DNA of 64,000 bases from an uncultured Candidatus Saccharibacteria bacterium (GTDB lineage Bacteria; Patescibacteriota; Minisyncoccia; Phycocordibacterales; UBA1006): assembly GCA_964601935.1 (NCBI GenBank), contig CAZROP010000004.1:6493-70492 (forward strand), in the 5' to 3' direction. Under the pieces are notes generated by a model. That model was not told the DNA's origin and did not search any database. It saw only the letters and a list, made by a program, of their open reading frames with translations. The position numbers were made by a program, and so were the translations under genes. This document shows positions 38,807-48,679 of this stretch, one piece after another; within the stretch, counting starts at the first letter, position 1; every line of letters starts with the position of its first letter.

Positions 38807-39916
38807 CTACTGCTTGATGAAGCTAATCGTCTCGCCTTGAGGGGTTTTTTTAGCTCCCTCGAGCCTGATAATCATGTATGTACCGGAAACAAGTCCAGAC
38901 ACATCGAGCCTGTAGAATACCTGACCTGGATCGAGAGAGTATTCATGCGCCAGTTGCCCCGTGGCCTTGGCGTAGACTACGAACCCGGTAGTATTCTCGG
39001 GGAACCCCAAGAACAAGTCATTAGTTGCAGGATTCGGAAACACTTCCATTTTATGGACACTACCCATCAGGACAGCTGCCAGTTTTGAAAAGTTCTCGTT
39101 TCCATCGTAATCAACTTGTCTGACGCGGTAGTAGTTCCAACCCACTTTTGGTCGGTAATCGGTGAATTCATAGGTGTGCCCCGTCGGCGAACTTCCGTGG
39201 CCAGGAAGAGAATCGAGAGTGATAAACTCCTGCCCCTCACCGCGCTGGAAATAAATCATCCTGTTATTCAACTCACTAGCTGTAACCAGTCGAGCGCGAA
39301 CCCAGTTATTGGAAGGCCACGCGCCCCACTCAGCAATTTCAATTGGTAGTGGCGGGCAATTGAGCAACCCTGGCGTTCGCGGGCATTCCTGCCACTCACC
39401 ATCCACCTCGGGGACGAGTTGCAAAGAATTACCTGGAAGCGTTACGACATTTGGAGCACCTGCGTTGATCACCTCTATTACGAGACTGTCAGGGTGAGGT
39501 ACCTGCGGGAAACCACTCCACGTCACAGGGTTGTTGTAATTGATGGGACACCCTGTCCCGCCTGGGTGCAAACCGTATCTGTTGTGTTGTCCTGTAGTTG
39601 CAAGTCTTATGAGAAAGAACTCGCATCCACCAGCCAATACGCCATCAGCCACAGGCACCACATAACGACCGCCAGCAGGGATTGTCACTGTATTATTCAA
39701 AATAGTCGCAAAAGGAGTACTGTTCCCCTGAGTCCAAAATTCGTATTCTGGTAATGTCACATCACTACCGTTCGGATTATACAATTCAATGTATTCAAAC
39801 CCATTTTGGGTTGATATTTCTGTGATGTAACAACCGCCGCCGCCCGGCAGTGCCTGAGCAAATGTTGCGGTGCTAAAGACCAGCAGCGCAAAGCACAAAG
39901 TAAAAAACTTCTTCAT
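38807..39916 (-). CDS. secreted lamin-tail-domain protein with type IX secretion C-terminal sorting domain
   Basis: Signal peptide; LTD motif ITEISTQNGFEYIELYNPNGSDVTL; C-terminal FPNPATNDLFLGF...VSGLVSGTYMIIRLEG...ISFIKQ matches T9SS type-A sorting domain. Confidence 0.6.
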   Translation of the reverse strand: MKKFFTLCFALLVFSTATFAQALPGGGGCYITEISTQNGFEYIELYNPNGSDVTLPEYEFWTQGNSTPFATILNNTVTIPAGGRYVVPVADGVLAGGCEFFLIRLATTGQHNRYGLHPGGTGCPINYNNPVTWSGFPQVPHPDSLVIEVINAGAPNVVTLPGNSLQLVPEVDGEWQECPRTPGLLNCPPLPIEIAEWGAWPSNNWVRARLVTASELNNRMIYFQRGEGQEFITLDSLPGHGSSPTGHTYEFTDYRPKVGWNYYRVRQVDYDGNENFSKLAAVLMGSVHKMEVFPNPATNDLFLGFPENTTGFVVYAKATGQLAHEYSLDPGQVFYRLDVSGLVSGTYMIIRLEGAKKTPQGETISFIKQ

Positions 39917-40140
39917 GATTTCGATATTTTTTAAGTTTTTAAATTACTCTCCACAGTACACGTAGATTGCGATATGTCAATAGGTGAGGCGTGGTGTGAT
40001 ATTAATTCTCTCGGTCTTCTTATTAGCAGTAGTCTGGACAACAAAAAACACGAAGTATCGGATTCGCCTAAAGGGGCGTCCAATACTTCGTGCTTACAAT
40101 CACCACAAACTACTGATCTGAATTGGATGAAGACTACGAG

Positions 40141-41436
40141 CTATGCCTGCTCCAGTGATCCTGCACGGAGCGGTGTCCAACCAAAGAGGTGTCCGTAGTA
40201 TTTACCGTCTTTTCCGTAAGAGCTGTGACTGATCCACCCATGATCCGGGCGCTTATACTCCAGCAACCCTTCGCTACACCTTGTCGATCCCTCTTCCCAA
40301 CAGTAAACCTTAACACCCTCAATCTCTATAAACTCCTGGTGCGGCGTCCATATCAGCCGAAGATTGTTCCCCGGCAGATTGACGAAAACTTCGCCATCAA
40401 TGAACCTAACTGTTCCTGGCACGAACAGTATAGTCCGATCGTCGGGCGCCAAAACCACTATTCGCGATTCACCGTCGGTACAGATCTGAGGCAGGCCCAC
40501 TGATGTGTCCTCTGTTCTGTAACCAGGCATAACCATTGTAGCGAACCAGTATTCGCATTCTGCGTAATGTACATACTTCCCGATAACGGGAAGGAGTTTC
40601 GCTACAACCAAGAGGTAACCCTTATCACCTTTTTGCAGTATCGAGAAAAAGTTCGTAGTACCCAGCCGCTGCACTGCAACGGTGCCTCTAAATTCCGACA
40701 ACGTGCCGTTGTCGTTGAGTAAAGTAGCATTATTCATCTGATAAGCAATCAAACAGTCACTGGCACTATCAACACGAATATCCTTTGATAGAACCTCGCC
40801 GCAGTCAACCAGTCCTGCCACAGACTGCTCTTCTGAAAAACCAGGTAGCCGAATGATCCAGCCCTTCGCACCATGATCATCTCCGATACGTGTAGTCGCA
40901 GCCAGCTCGAGCCGGCGCAATCCATTAACCGCGATTATGCGTAGCGGCATGATAAGCTTAAAACCTCCGCCCAATTCTACCCGTGTAAACTGTACTTTAT
41001 TTCCACTATGGGCTGGCTGCAGAGTGTAAATCCCCTCCAGGTATCCCGAGGCGCTGAGCCCCAGAAACACCATAACTCGGCGAGTTCCTTCTCCCGTTTC
41101 CAAGAAGTACAGGTGGTGATGACGGTAACCAGTACCGGACTCATTGCCGCTCTCCTGGATGTCGTTAAAACTAACCACATATTTCCCACCCTGTCGTACA
41201 GCATCGTCTGAATCTCGGATGGATATGCCCCATCCGTCTCCACGGAGTCCACCTGTGAAAATTGCCGCACCAGGAAGTTCTCCTGGTCGAAGCTGGTACG
41301 AAGTACCTATATTTGATTTTTTGCTTCGGTTTTTCCTGGGAAGCCAATAGGTTACCCACCAGATGAAAGCTAAAGCACCTATTAGCAACCCGAATGCTGC
41401 TACGGCTACGAGCCATGCTGTGTTCTCTGAATCCAT
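40141..41436 (-). CDS. hypothetical membrane-anchored protein
   Basis: N-terminal TM WLVAVAAFGLLIGALAFIWWV, 431 aa, no motif. Confidence 0.4.
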   Translation of the reverse strand: MDSENTAWLVAVAAFGLLIGALAFIWWVTYWLPRKNRSKKSNIGTSYQLRPGELPGAAIFTGGLRGDGWGISIRDSDDAVRQGGKYVVSFNDIQESGNESGTGYRHHHLYFLETGEGTRRVMVFLGLSASGYLEGIYTLQPAHSGNKVQFTRVELGGGFKLIMPLRIIAVNGLRRLELAATTRIGDDHGAKGWIIRLPGFSEEQSVAGLVDCGEVLSKDIRVDSASDCLIAYQMNNATLLNDNGTLSEFRGTVAVQRLGTTNFFSILQKGDKGYLLVVAKLLPVIGKYVHYAECEYWFATMVMPGYRTEDTSVGLPQICTDGESRIVVLAPDDRTILFVPGTVRFIDGEVFVNLPGNNLRLIWTPHQEFIEIEGVKVYCWEEGSTRCSEGLLEYKRPDHGWISHSSYGKDGKYYGHLFGWTPLRAGSLEQA

Positions 41437-41586
41437 GATTATCTATGTTTTTGATTTTAAAATAAGTTCAAATTCTGACCCGACACTACCATTAGTATGG
41501 TTATTCGTCAATAGACAAAATAAAAAACCGCGTAGTACACAACATGCGCACTACACGGTTCGAATTACCAACCACGGGTTGGGTTT

Positions 41587-42663
41587 TTATGTTTGCCTTG
41601 ATGGCTTTTTGCCATAAAACAAGACTACCCCTGTGCCAAACCCTACCCCATCAGGCGTAATTCTGCCGCCCAACCAAATCTGAAGACTGGCGCCTGTGGG
41701 CGTAGTTTTACCCTTAGAATTTACTGCCGACAAGTGGGTTCGCCAATCAATATTAACTCCTACCGCACCCTTATCAGGTAGCTGGTACGTCAGCCCTGAT
41801 TCCGCAAGCGCATCCCGCGTATCCCGCGGAGCTGCAGTGAGGGCAATATTGGCCGCAATGTAAGGCGTAATGCCCCAGACTGCATTTTTGTTGCCAACTT
41901 CGCCCAGCGCAATGCGATATGAAATTGTAGCAAGTATGGAAAGCATGGCTTGCCGAATCTCTTTATCACATGGACACCAGGTAGTATCCTGAAATGGCTG
42001 GAGCCAGGTGAACCCTCCGGCTGGATAGTACCCCGCACCGATTGAACCATCGAGAGGCGATCCGAACTGGTCTGTCGCGATACCAAAACTGTATTTATTC
42101 GCCAGCTGGTCATTGAATGGAGAAGCTCCGTCATTGCTGGGTCGGAGCCACACCTCATGTGCAGCGAATACGTTGAACGGCCACTCACTAACCCTGCCGC
42201 CCTTTTTGTTACCGTTCGGATTATCAACCGGTCGAGTAAACAACGCTGTTTCCCGCGAAGATGCGAAGTGCATCCATGTTTTTTTCGGTAATGGCAGCGT
42301 CGGCGGCACATAGGAATGCTCAGTCACAGAATTAGAATCAGGAATAAAAAGACTTACCCCTGCATAACTGAACGGGTTCGGGCATGCAGTGCCCTTACCC
42401 TCTTCCCCATAAAACCGCTCATCAGTGGGAAATGCGAAGCCTCCTCTTTGAACCATCAGATTCAGTAGGGCTGCAACGCGTTTTGGAGACTGCTTACCAC
42501 GCAGGCTCCCCAGCCAAATATCACTTGTAGTGCCCGGAACATCGGGTATGTATAACCCCGGACCAGGCTGGCTTTTTTGTGTTCCCTGTTGAGCCATCAG
42601 GGTGCCCGTTATCGGCAATAGTCCGATAACAAACAACAGTGTGAAGAAACTTTTATTTTTCAC
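41587..42663 (-). CDS. hypothetical secreted protein (GTG start), beta-rich C-terminus
   Basis: Using GTG at 42663 gives classic signal peptide KNKSFFTLLFVIGLLPITGTLMAQ and abuts stop of upstream gene at 42692. Confidence 0.4.
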   Translation of the reverse strand: MKNKSFFTLLFVIGLLPITGTLMAQQGTQKSQPGPGLYIPDVPGTTSDIWLGSLRGKQSPKRVAALLNLMVQRGGFAFPTDERFYGEEGKGTACPNPFSYAGVSLFIPDSNSVTEHSYVPPTLPLPKKTWMHFASSRETALFTRPVDNPNGNKKGGRVSEWPFNVFAAHEVWLRPSNDGASPFNDQLANKYSFGIATDQFGSPLDGSIGAGYYPAGGFTWLQPFQDTTWCPCDKEIRQAMLSILATISYRIALGEVGNKNAVWGITPYIAANIALTAAPRDTRDALAESGLTYQLPDKGAVGVNIDWRTHLSAVNSKGKTTPTGASLQIWLGGRITPDGVGFGTGVVLFYGKKPSRQT

Positions 42664-42691
42664 GTCGCGTAACGTTTTGATTGTAACTAAA

Positions 42692-45600
42692 TTAATTCCG
42701 GACAATCCGAATACCTTCCAAGTCATGCCCTTTGTTGTCCTCAACATGTACCACGTATATACCCTGCGTTTTAGGAAAACCGACGAGAGGAAAGCCCTCT
42801 ATATCGGGTCCGTTGTACGTGAATTTGTATTTCACCTGCAATTTTCCATCCATAGAGTAAACCCTGACCTTCACCTTCTTTCCAAAACCTTGCAGCTCTA
42901 GTAAAGGGGTCTGCCCTTGTAATACTGGATTGGGTGTAATTCGTGCCCGGCATTCCCCATCAGCAACTTCGCCACACTGAGGCTCATACAATACGAAACT
43001 GGTATCAATGTCGCAGTACCCGTTTGAAATTTGAAGTCCGTAGACTCCAGGTTCCAAGTTACTGGGATTTTGCACTTCACCCAAGGATATTCCGTTGTAA
43101 AACCACTCTACCGGTGGAAGTACCGGCCAGTTTGCCAAGAATATATCTCCAGGGATCGGGTTTCCATTCTCGTCGCACTCCGGTTGTCGCACGAATACGG
43201 CGATTGGGAGTAACACCCTTTCAAGGCTCGCTTCCCAAGTAACCACCCGACCGCAATCGCCCATATGTGGGTAATATACAGAGATGGGTTGGTACCAGTC
43301 ACGAATGTCGCAAATGTATTCGATGTTGTTCGTAGTATCCGGCATGCTTACGATCATGTGGATCGTGGACTGTTCAATACAGCCCGTCATCGGGTTAGTG
43401 GAAACAATCGTCGTATCCCTCCAATCTGCTCTCCCGAAGATTCCGGTATTCCAGAGCTTCAAAGAATCTCCGTAGCAAAGCTGAATAGTCGTGTCGCGGT
43501 TCTGTACGTCGTATACCCTGATCTCCTGCGTGATTATAGAATCGCAACCTTCTTGGTTCTGACCTATGAATGAAAGCGTCCCTTCGTTCGCAATGTAGCT
43601 TTCGCCATCACCCTCCCAGAGAAACTCTTCCCCTGGACACAATGTCAAAGGTTGGAGCGTCGTAGTATCAGACAATCTTATCGTCCAGGAAGTCCGTCGC
43701 AATGAGGAGCAGCCCGTTGTCGAATCATAGATCGTATCTATCTTGACAGAATCCCGAAAGGACTCGTCACAGGTAAATAAATCAAAATACTCGATGTCTG
43801 GGTCCCAGTTGAACGTCACCAACGTGGTACTGTCGCATCCACCAGGGACTGGCGTTGTGACAATTATTGGGGCAAGCAGAGCACACGTATCAACCGTTGC
43901 GAAGCCGATGGCTCCGAACTGGATACGGGGTATAACCAAAGTATCCTTTGTACACGGATCTGCTCCAGGAATCATATACGGCTGCGCGAACGGATCGCAA
44001 TTATCCTCCGTGCGCTCCACAAAACCTGGTGTGGTGATATGAATATTCAATATCCATGTCTTCTTACAAACACCTTGCAAGGGTAACGTCTGGATGATTG
44101 TAGTATCTGTCGTAGCTACCCCGATATAAATACCTGGCAGACTGACAACTTCACCTTCACAGGCACTGATGTCCAGAATCGCAATATCGCTTGCGGGCTG
44201 GTAGTACGAATGGTACACCAGCGTATCGCAACTACCATAAATGGTGTCACTAAGAACGGCAAGCCCAATCAGATCGGGATCGCAGCTCGGTGTAGGCACC
44301 ACCTTCACATACAGCACCGGTAGGTACTTGGTTGTCATTGTATATGAACAACCGTACTGATTCTGTAGAATCTGAGTGGATGACTCCATATTGATGCGAC
44401 ACCCAGCTTCGAACCTCGTACTATCCGGCGAACCGACATAATGCGGATTCGAGGTGATTGTAATAATGCACCCTTCAGGAGTAATCGAGTCCCGTTCTAA
44501 AGTGATAGCGCTTAAACTGCAGGTATTGTATTCGGACTCCGTCATCGTCATAGGAATCAAATCCCAGACGAACACTGAATCATACAAGCAACCATCCTGA
44601 GTGACCGCCAAAACGATTTCGTCTGGACGTTCAACACATGTCTCGTTGTGAATCACCACCGAAGAGGTGTGGTCCAATACCCGGATATCAAGTGCACGCA
44701 CAATAGGGCAATTGCCACTATTATCAGTTGCAGTATAAAAACCTGCTTCGCTGTAGCTATCGCCCATCCACTGCATTGACCCACCACACAGAACTGCGCG
44801 AGTGGTGTCACCTACCAACACGTCGGAAATGGTCACGTTCCAGACTTGGACTGAACCACAGGGGTTAACTGTCGGCATACTGGCAGTGTAAGTGCCGGAA
44901 AATGCAGCAGTATCTCCCCAGGGCAACATTATCGGAGTACACGAGATAGTGTCAACGCGAACCTCCTCAGCCGAACCAACATTCTGTAGCGTTGCAAATA
45001 GCACAGTAGTGCACACGCCATTGCTGACGGTGACAGTGTAGGCGCCTGGCGACAAATCCGTTTGCCCCTGCGTAGTAGCACCGTTACTCCACACATATGT
45101 ATATGCGGTAGTGGTGTGTGGCGTAGGCAGCGAAACCACCAGCAATGCGCCGTTGTTTTCATCGCATGTTGGATCGGTACTCCACAGTGCAGCAGCTACA
45201 GGTGCCGGCGGGTTATTCACCACGTCGCTTGCCGTAGCGGTGCAGCCGTTTGCGTCAGTAATCGTTACAGTATAGGTGCCCGGCGTTGCCGTCCACCAGC
45301 CGCTGAAGTAATTTTCAAATACTTCTCCATCCGGCGTTGTCCAGGAATATACATAAGGCCACTGACCGCCCACCGGGACGGCAAACAATGACCCTACACC
45401 ATCCCCGCAATCCGGCTGGATCACAGAGATGCTTACAGTCAACGGGAGCCGGTTTTCAGTACCAACGCACACAGCGTTAGCATAACAACCATTCCCTTCG
45501 TCCGCGCTTACTGCCCAAAGAGCGATGTTTCCTAAATTTGGAAATCCGCTTAAGTTCCATGTGTACGTAATGACGGAAGATCCGCCAGTCGGCAATACAA

Positions 45601-45874
45601 TCGTCTGCCCCAAGAAAGGAGGGCTGCTCCAACCAGTAACTAAAGAATCGGGCAGGTAGCCTTCAGGCATGGTCACGGTTATGGTAATCAGAGTAGCGTG
45701 AGTAGGTGTCGGCACACCACAAACAATAGGTGTAATACCATTGTCGTAGGTCGCCTCATAGGCTATCAGCCAACCGCACCCCTCCTCACAAGGGTTGCAC
45801 TCTTGTGCCTGCATATGGCTCGCGAAGCCGCTCATGCAGAAAAGTGCCGTGAAAATGTAATACAACTTTTTCAT
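42692..45874 (-). CDS. giant (1060 aa) Cys-rich cell-surface protein with type IX secretion C-terminal sorting domain
   Basis: Signal peptide MKKLYYIFTALFCMSGFASHMQAQ; >60 Cys in repeated modules; C-terminal ITPNPV...VRVYSMDGK...GIYVVHVED...IRIVRN T9SS-like sorting domain. Confidence 0.55.
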   Translation of the reverse strand: MKKLYYIFTALFCMSGFASHMQAQECNPCEEGCGWLIAYEATYDNGITPIVCGVPTPTHATLITITVTMPEGYLPDSLVTGWSSPPFLGQTIVLPTGGSSVITYTWNLSGFPNLGNIALWAVSADEGNGCYANAVCVGTENRLPLTVSISVIQPDCGDGVGSLFAVPVGGQWPYVYSWTTPDGEVFENYFSGWWTATPGTYTVTITDANGCTATASDVVNNPPAPVAAALWSTDPTCDENNGALLVVSLPTPHTTTAYTYVWSNGATTQGQTDLSPGAYTVTVSNGVCTTVLFATLQNVGSAEEVRVDTISCTPIMLPWGDTAAFSGTYTASMPTVNPCGSVQVWNVTISDVLVGDTTRAVLCGGSMQWMGDSYSEAGFYTATDNSGNCPIVRALDIRVLDHTSSVVIHNETCVERPDEIVLAVTQDGCLYDSVFVWDLIPMTMTESEYNTCSLSAITLERDSITPEGCIITITSNPHYVGSPDSTRFEAGCRINMESSTQILQNQYGCSYTMTTKYLPVLYVKVVPTPSCDPDLIGLAVLSDTIYGSCDTLVYHSYYQPASDIAILDISACEGEVVSLPGIYIGVATTDTTIIQTLPLQGVCKKTWILNIHITTPGFVERTEDNCDPFAQPYMIPGADPCTKDTLVIPRIQFGAIGFATVDTCALLAPIIVTTPVPGGCDSTTLVTFNWDPDIEYFDLFTCDESFRDSVKIDTIYDSTTGCSSLRRTSWTIRLSDTTTLQPLTLCPGEEFLWEGDGESYIANEGTLSFIGQNQEGCDSIITQEIRVYDVQNRDTTIQLCYGDSLKLWNTGIFGRADWRDTTIVSTNPMTGCIEQSTIHMIVSMPDTTNNIEYICDIRDWYQPISVYYPHMGDCGRVVTWEASLERVLLPIAVFVRQPECDENGNPIPGDIFLANWPVLPPVEWFYNGISLGEVQNPSNLEPGVYGLQISNGYCDIDTSFVLYEPQCGEVADGECRARITPNPVLQGQTPLLELQGFGKKVKVRVYSMDGKLQVKYKFTYNGPDIEGFPLVGFPKTQGIYVVHVEDNKGHDLEGIRIVRN

Positions 45875-46163
45875 CGATGGAAAAGTTTAATAAATTTGAG
45901 AATAATTTGTTCAATTGCAACCTCCGAATGGAACACGATTCACCCAACAGGGATCACGCATATCTATTCCGAAGAATATGCTCACCCTACTGATTATTTG
46001 ACAAAAGTCAATAGCATTGTTGTATTGTTTCTTTGCTGTTTGTCATCCCGGGGCACATATTTTTAAGGAGTGACAACGACTATAAAAATAGTGAACCCAG
46101 GACCCAGGATTCAGAACACTTCTGATAACACACTGGTTTACTTTTCTAACCCTGGATCCCAGC

Positions 46164-46184
46164 TCGGAGGCTGGGAAGACGGAA
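46164..46184 (+). repeat. 21-nt conserved intergenic motif copy B (tcggaggctgggaagacggaa)
   Basis: Matches 36840-36860; followed by terminator 46199-46230. Confidence 0.6.
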
Positions 46185-46198
46185 ACGGTAATAGCATA

Positions 46199-46230
46199 CA
46201 AAAACACCCCTTTCGGGGTGTTTTTATTTT
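46199..46230. terminator. terminator hairpin
   Basis: aaaaacacccctttcggggtgttttt. Confidence 0.65.
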
Positions 46231-46877
46231 GACGCAAGCTGACCAGACGAATCTGATACATCCATACTGTCGATCTGACTCATGATACGCTTAATTTTGT
46301 TAAGGTACCAGGCAGGATCACCGTAAGTAGCTTCTACAACCTTTGGAGGGTTATAGTTGTTTACTTTCTGGGCAATAGTCAGGTCACGACCATAGTATTT
46401 GGCAGTCTTCGGATTATTACCCGAAAGGTTATAGATAACCACCTGGATAGCATCATCGAATCCTGTATACTTTTTACATTTGAGCCCCTTTTTATCGGAA
46501 CAACCAAATCCAAAGGCGTTATATGATTCGTTGGCACCAGAGCCTGGGGTATACATACCACCACTTGATTCTGCCATACCCTTTGCAGCGGCGAGGATTG
46601 CGATTTCACAATCAGCACCGTTTTCTATTGCTGCCTGGGCAAAGACTGAACCGTATCCTGCCAATGGGACCTTCTGCTTATTATAATAAGCATCGATCTT
46701 TGCGGCACAGAGTTCCATTTCGTCATCCAATCCATCGGTAGCATCGGACACAGAGTCTGATACGGTCGATACGATTGTTTCCAAAATGGTTGGAGATGGT
46801 TCCGCAGGGATTGTTACAGCCCCTGTAGTTCCACTCGCGAGTGTAGTCGTCGCCATGAACAATGAGAACAGAGCCAT
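46224..46877 (-). CDS. secreted protein, weak similarity to GH73 glucosaminidase/muramidase (FlgJ-like) domain
   Basis: Signal MALFSLFMATTTLASG (start trimmed to 46877); FAQAAIENGADCEIAILAAAKGMAESSGG...YNAFGFG resembles glucosaminidase motif. Confidence 0.3.
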   Translation of the reverse strand: MALFSLFMATTTLASGTTGAVTIPAEPSPTILETIVSTVSDSVSDATDGLDDEMELCAAKIDAYYNKQKVPLAGYGSVFAQAAIENGADCEIAILAAAKGMAESSGGMYTPGSGANESYNAFGFGCSDKKGLKCKKYTGFDDAIQVVIYNLSGNNPKTAKYYGRDLTIAQKVNNYNPPKVVEATYGDPAWYLNKIKRIMSQIDSMDVSDSSGQLASK

Positions 46878-47171
46878 GGGACGATTGTTTGAAGTTTTTA
46901 TCATAGCTGAGGGTTGTGCTCCCTCTAACAACAGGTCCGCGGTGCCCATAATCTGGATGGAAGTGAATTTAGTCAGTTACCTGATCAAATTCGGTTTCCG
47001 GTACAAATGGGGGCTGTTGTCGGCGTGAGCCACCCCTATCTGCTGGGCACAAGTAGCAATTCAACCACACGATTGAACTGTGTCAAATAGAATATCATAT
47101 TAATACAGTCCTGTCAAGGTATCGTATTTGAAATAGCCTTCAATTTATCAATAAAATAAGGCTTCTTTACG

Positions 47172-47726
47172 CTATTTCAGCAGTTTTCTGATGTCTGAAA
47201 CCCATGAAACCGGCAAAACAGCCGATTTTGCGAGGACTTTCTGCAGTCGTACCATCTGGTCAAATGTGAGTTTTTGACTAGTTCTTGCGTTTGAGGTCTG
47301 CTCCCCCAAAGGGCTTGACCCTATAATGTCTACGGTACGGGATTCTACCGTCGAGAGCAGTGTTGTGTCCGCCGTATACAGCAAACAGATAGTAATCCAA
47401 GAGGGTGATTCTTCTAGGACTTTCAGTATCGCATTTTGGGCCGGCTCGGTATAACGCGGGTATGCCAGCACGATTACAGTCGGCAGTGCGCCCTGGAATA
47501 GCCCCTGGACCATTTCCCCTAGCGCTCGTGCCCCATCTACAGAAAATGCTCCCGTCTTTGACGTGGGTTTTGGTTCTAGTGGCTCAAAGCAGTATATGAC
47601 CCGGCACACTTTCGGTAGTTTCTTCGGCTGTGCGAGAACGTCGAATGCTTTGCGAATTTTTGGTTCTGATATTCCAGATACGCGCAATCGAGTATGCTGA
47701 CGGGTAATAATCTGTGCGAGATTCAT
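47172..47726 (-). CDS. truncated DNA polymerase III delta-prime-like protein (lacks N-terminal ATPase motifs)
   Basis: AQNAILKVLEESP...TVESR matches AAA+ clamp-loader sensor-1/box VII region (NALLKTLEEPP...SRC) but no Walker A. Confidence 0.4.
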   Translation of the reverse strand: MNLAQIITRQHTRLRVSGISEPKIRKAFDVLAQPKKLPKVCRVIYCFEPLEPKPTSKTGAFSVDGARALGEMVQGLFQGALPTVIVLAYPRYTEPAQNAILKVLEESPSWITICLLYTADTTLLSTVESRTVDIIGSSPLGEQTSNARTSQKLTFDQMVRLQKVLAKSAVLPVSWVSDIRKLLK

Positions 47727-47791
47727 ACAGAGAGTATAGCACGGGAAGATGCAGCCGGCCGTTTTTCAGTCTGAGTTTATTTTAAAATCTT

Positions 47792-48670
47792 TTAAATTTG
47801 AGCTCTTAATTTATTTTTTTCAAATTGCTTGATAAAATCCGTATAAGAAGCTGTCGATTTATCAACCAGAAATACACTTTTATATGTTTTTTTGATACCC
47901 TCAGACATCTTCTTATCACATGTCAAAATTAAAGCATTCGCAATGATACCATCAGTAGCGATGATGAAATCGTTACTCTTGAGAGACGAACTTAATTTCC
48001 TTTTTGAGAATCTTTGATATCGTTCGAAGATGTCATAAAGTCCTATTTTCTGCTCCTGGATGATGAGACGACTATCGCTAATCTCTACAAGAAGAGCTTC
48101 AAATTTAATTCTTACATTTTTGAATGAGTATTGCTGCTTTAGTTTAGAGAGTAGCTCAAGCAATACGAGATTAGGTAAATACAAATCAAAATATCTTCTC
48201 TGCGTTTTAAGATATGAAATAATGACTTTTGCCGATTCGTAATTATCATCACTTTCTGAGAGGTAGGAAAGAATGAACGAAGTATCCATCATTACCTGTG
48301 TACGATTCTCGAATCTTTGTTTTTCTTTTTCCTGCAGAATGTCCCACTTTTTGAGATTCTTTTCCTGTTTTTTATACTGGGCATCAGTAGGAATAATATC
48401 CCCGGACAAAACTGTGCTAGCTTCGCTTTTTATAACATCAATCTGACTCTTAGAGAACTGATCATATAGAGTGGCGTCGGGTATTCTTTCTAGCCACCCC
48501 AACGTCTTCTTTAGTTGATTTTTTAACTCATCAACCAGCTCATGAACAGTAGTAATCTTTCTAGAACCAAGAACTGCCCCTAGAAAAGTAAGGGTGTTGA
48601 TTATTTGTATTATACCCTGGATAGCACCTTTGTCTGTAATACGAACCTTGAACTTCTCATTCTTATCCAT
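47792..48670 (-). CDS. hypothetical protein with C-terminal PIN-like domain
   Basis: MDTSFIL (Asp1) ... LLELL (Glu) ... FIIATDGIIANALILTCD (Asp) pattern in C-terminal half. Confidence 0.35.
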   Translation of the reverse strand: MDKNEKFKVRITDKGAIQGIIQIINTLTFLGAVLGSRKITTVHELVDELKNQLKKTLGWLERIPDATLYDQFSKSQIDVIKSEASTVLSGDIIPTDAQYKKQEKNLKKWDILQEKEKQRFENRTQVMMDTSFILSYLSESDDNYESAKVIISYLKTQRRYFDLYLPNLVLLELLSKLKQQYSFKNVRIKFEALLVEISDSRLIIQEQKIGLYDIFERYQRFSKRKLSSSLKSNDFIIATDGIIANALILTCDKKMSEGIKKTYKSVFLVDKSTASYTDFIKQFEKNKLRAQI

Positions 48671-48679
48671 ATTATAAAA

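Noticed and set aside
41520-41586. Terminator-like hairpin ccaaccacgggttgggttttt between two minus-strand genes
   Set aside because: T-run is on the plus strand while both flanking genes are minus; function ambiguous.
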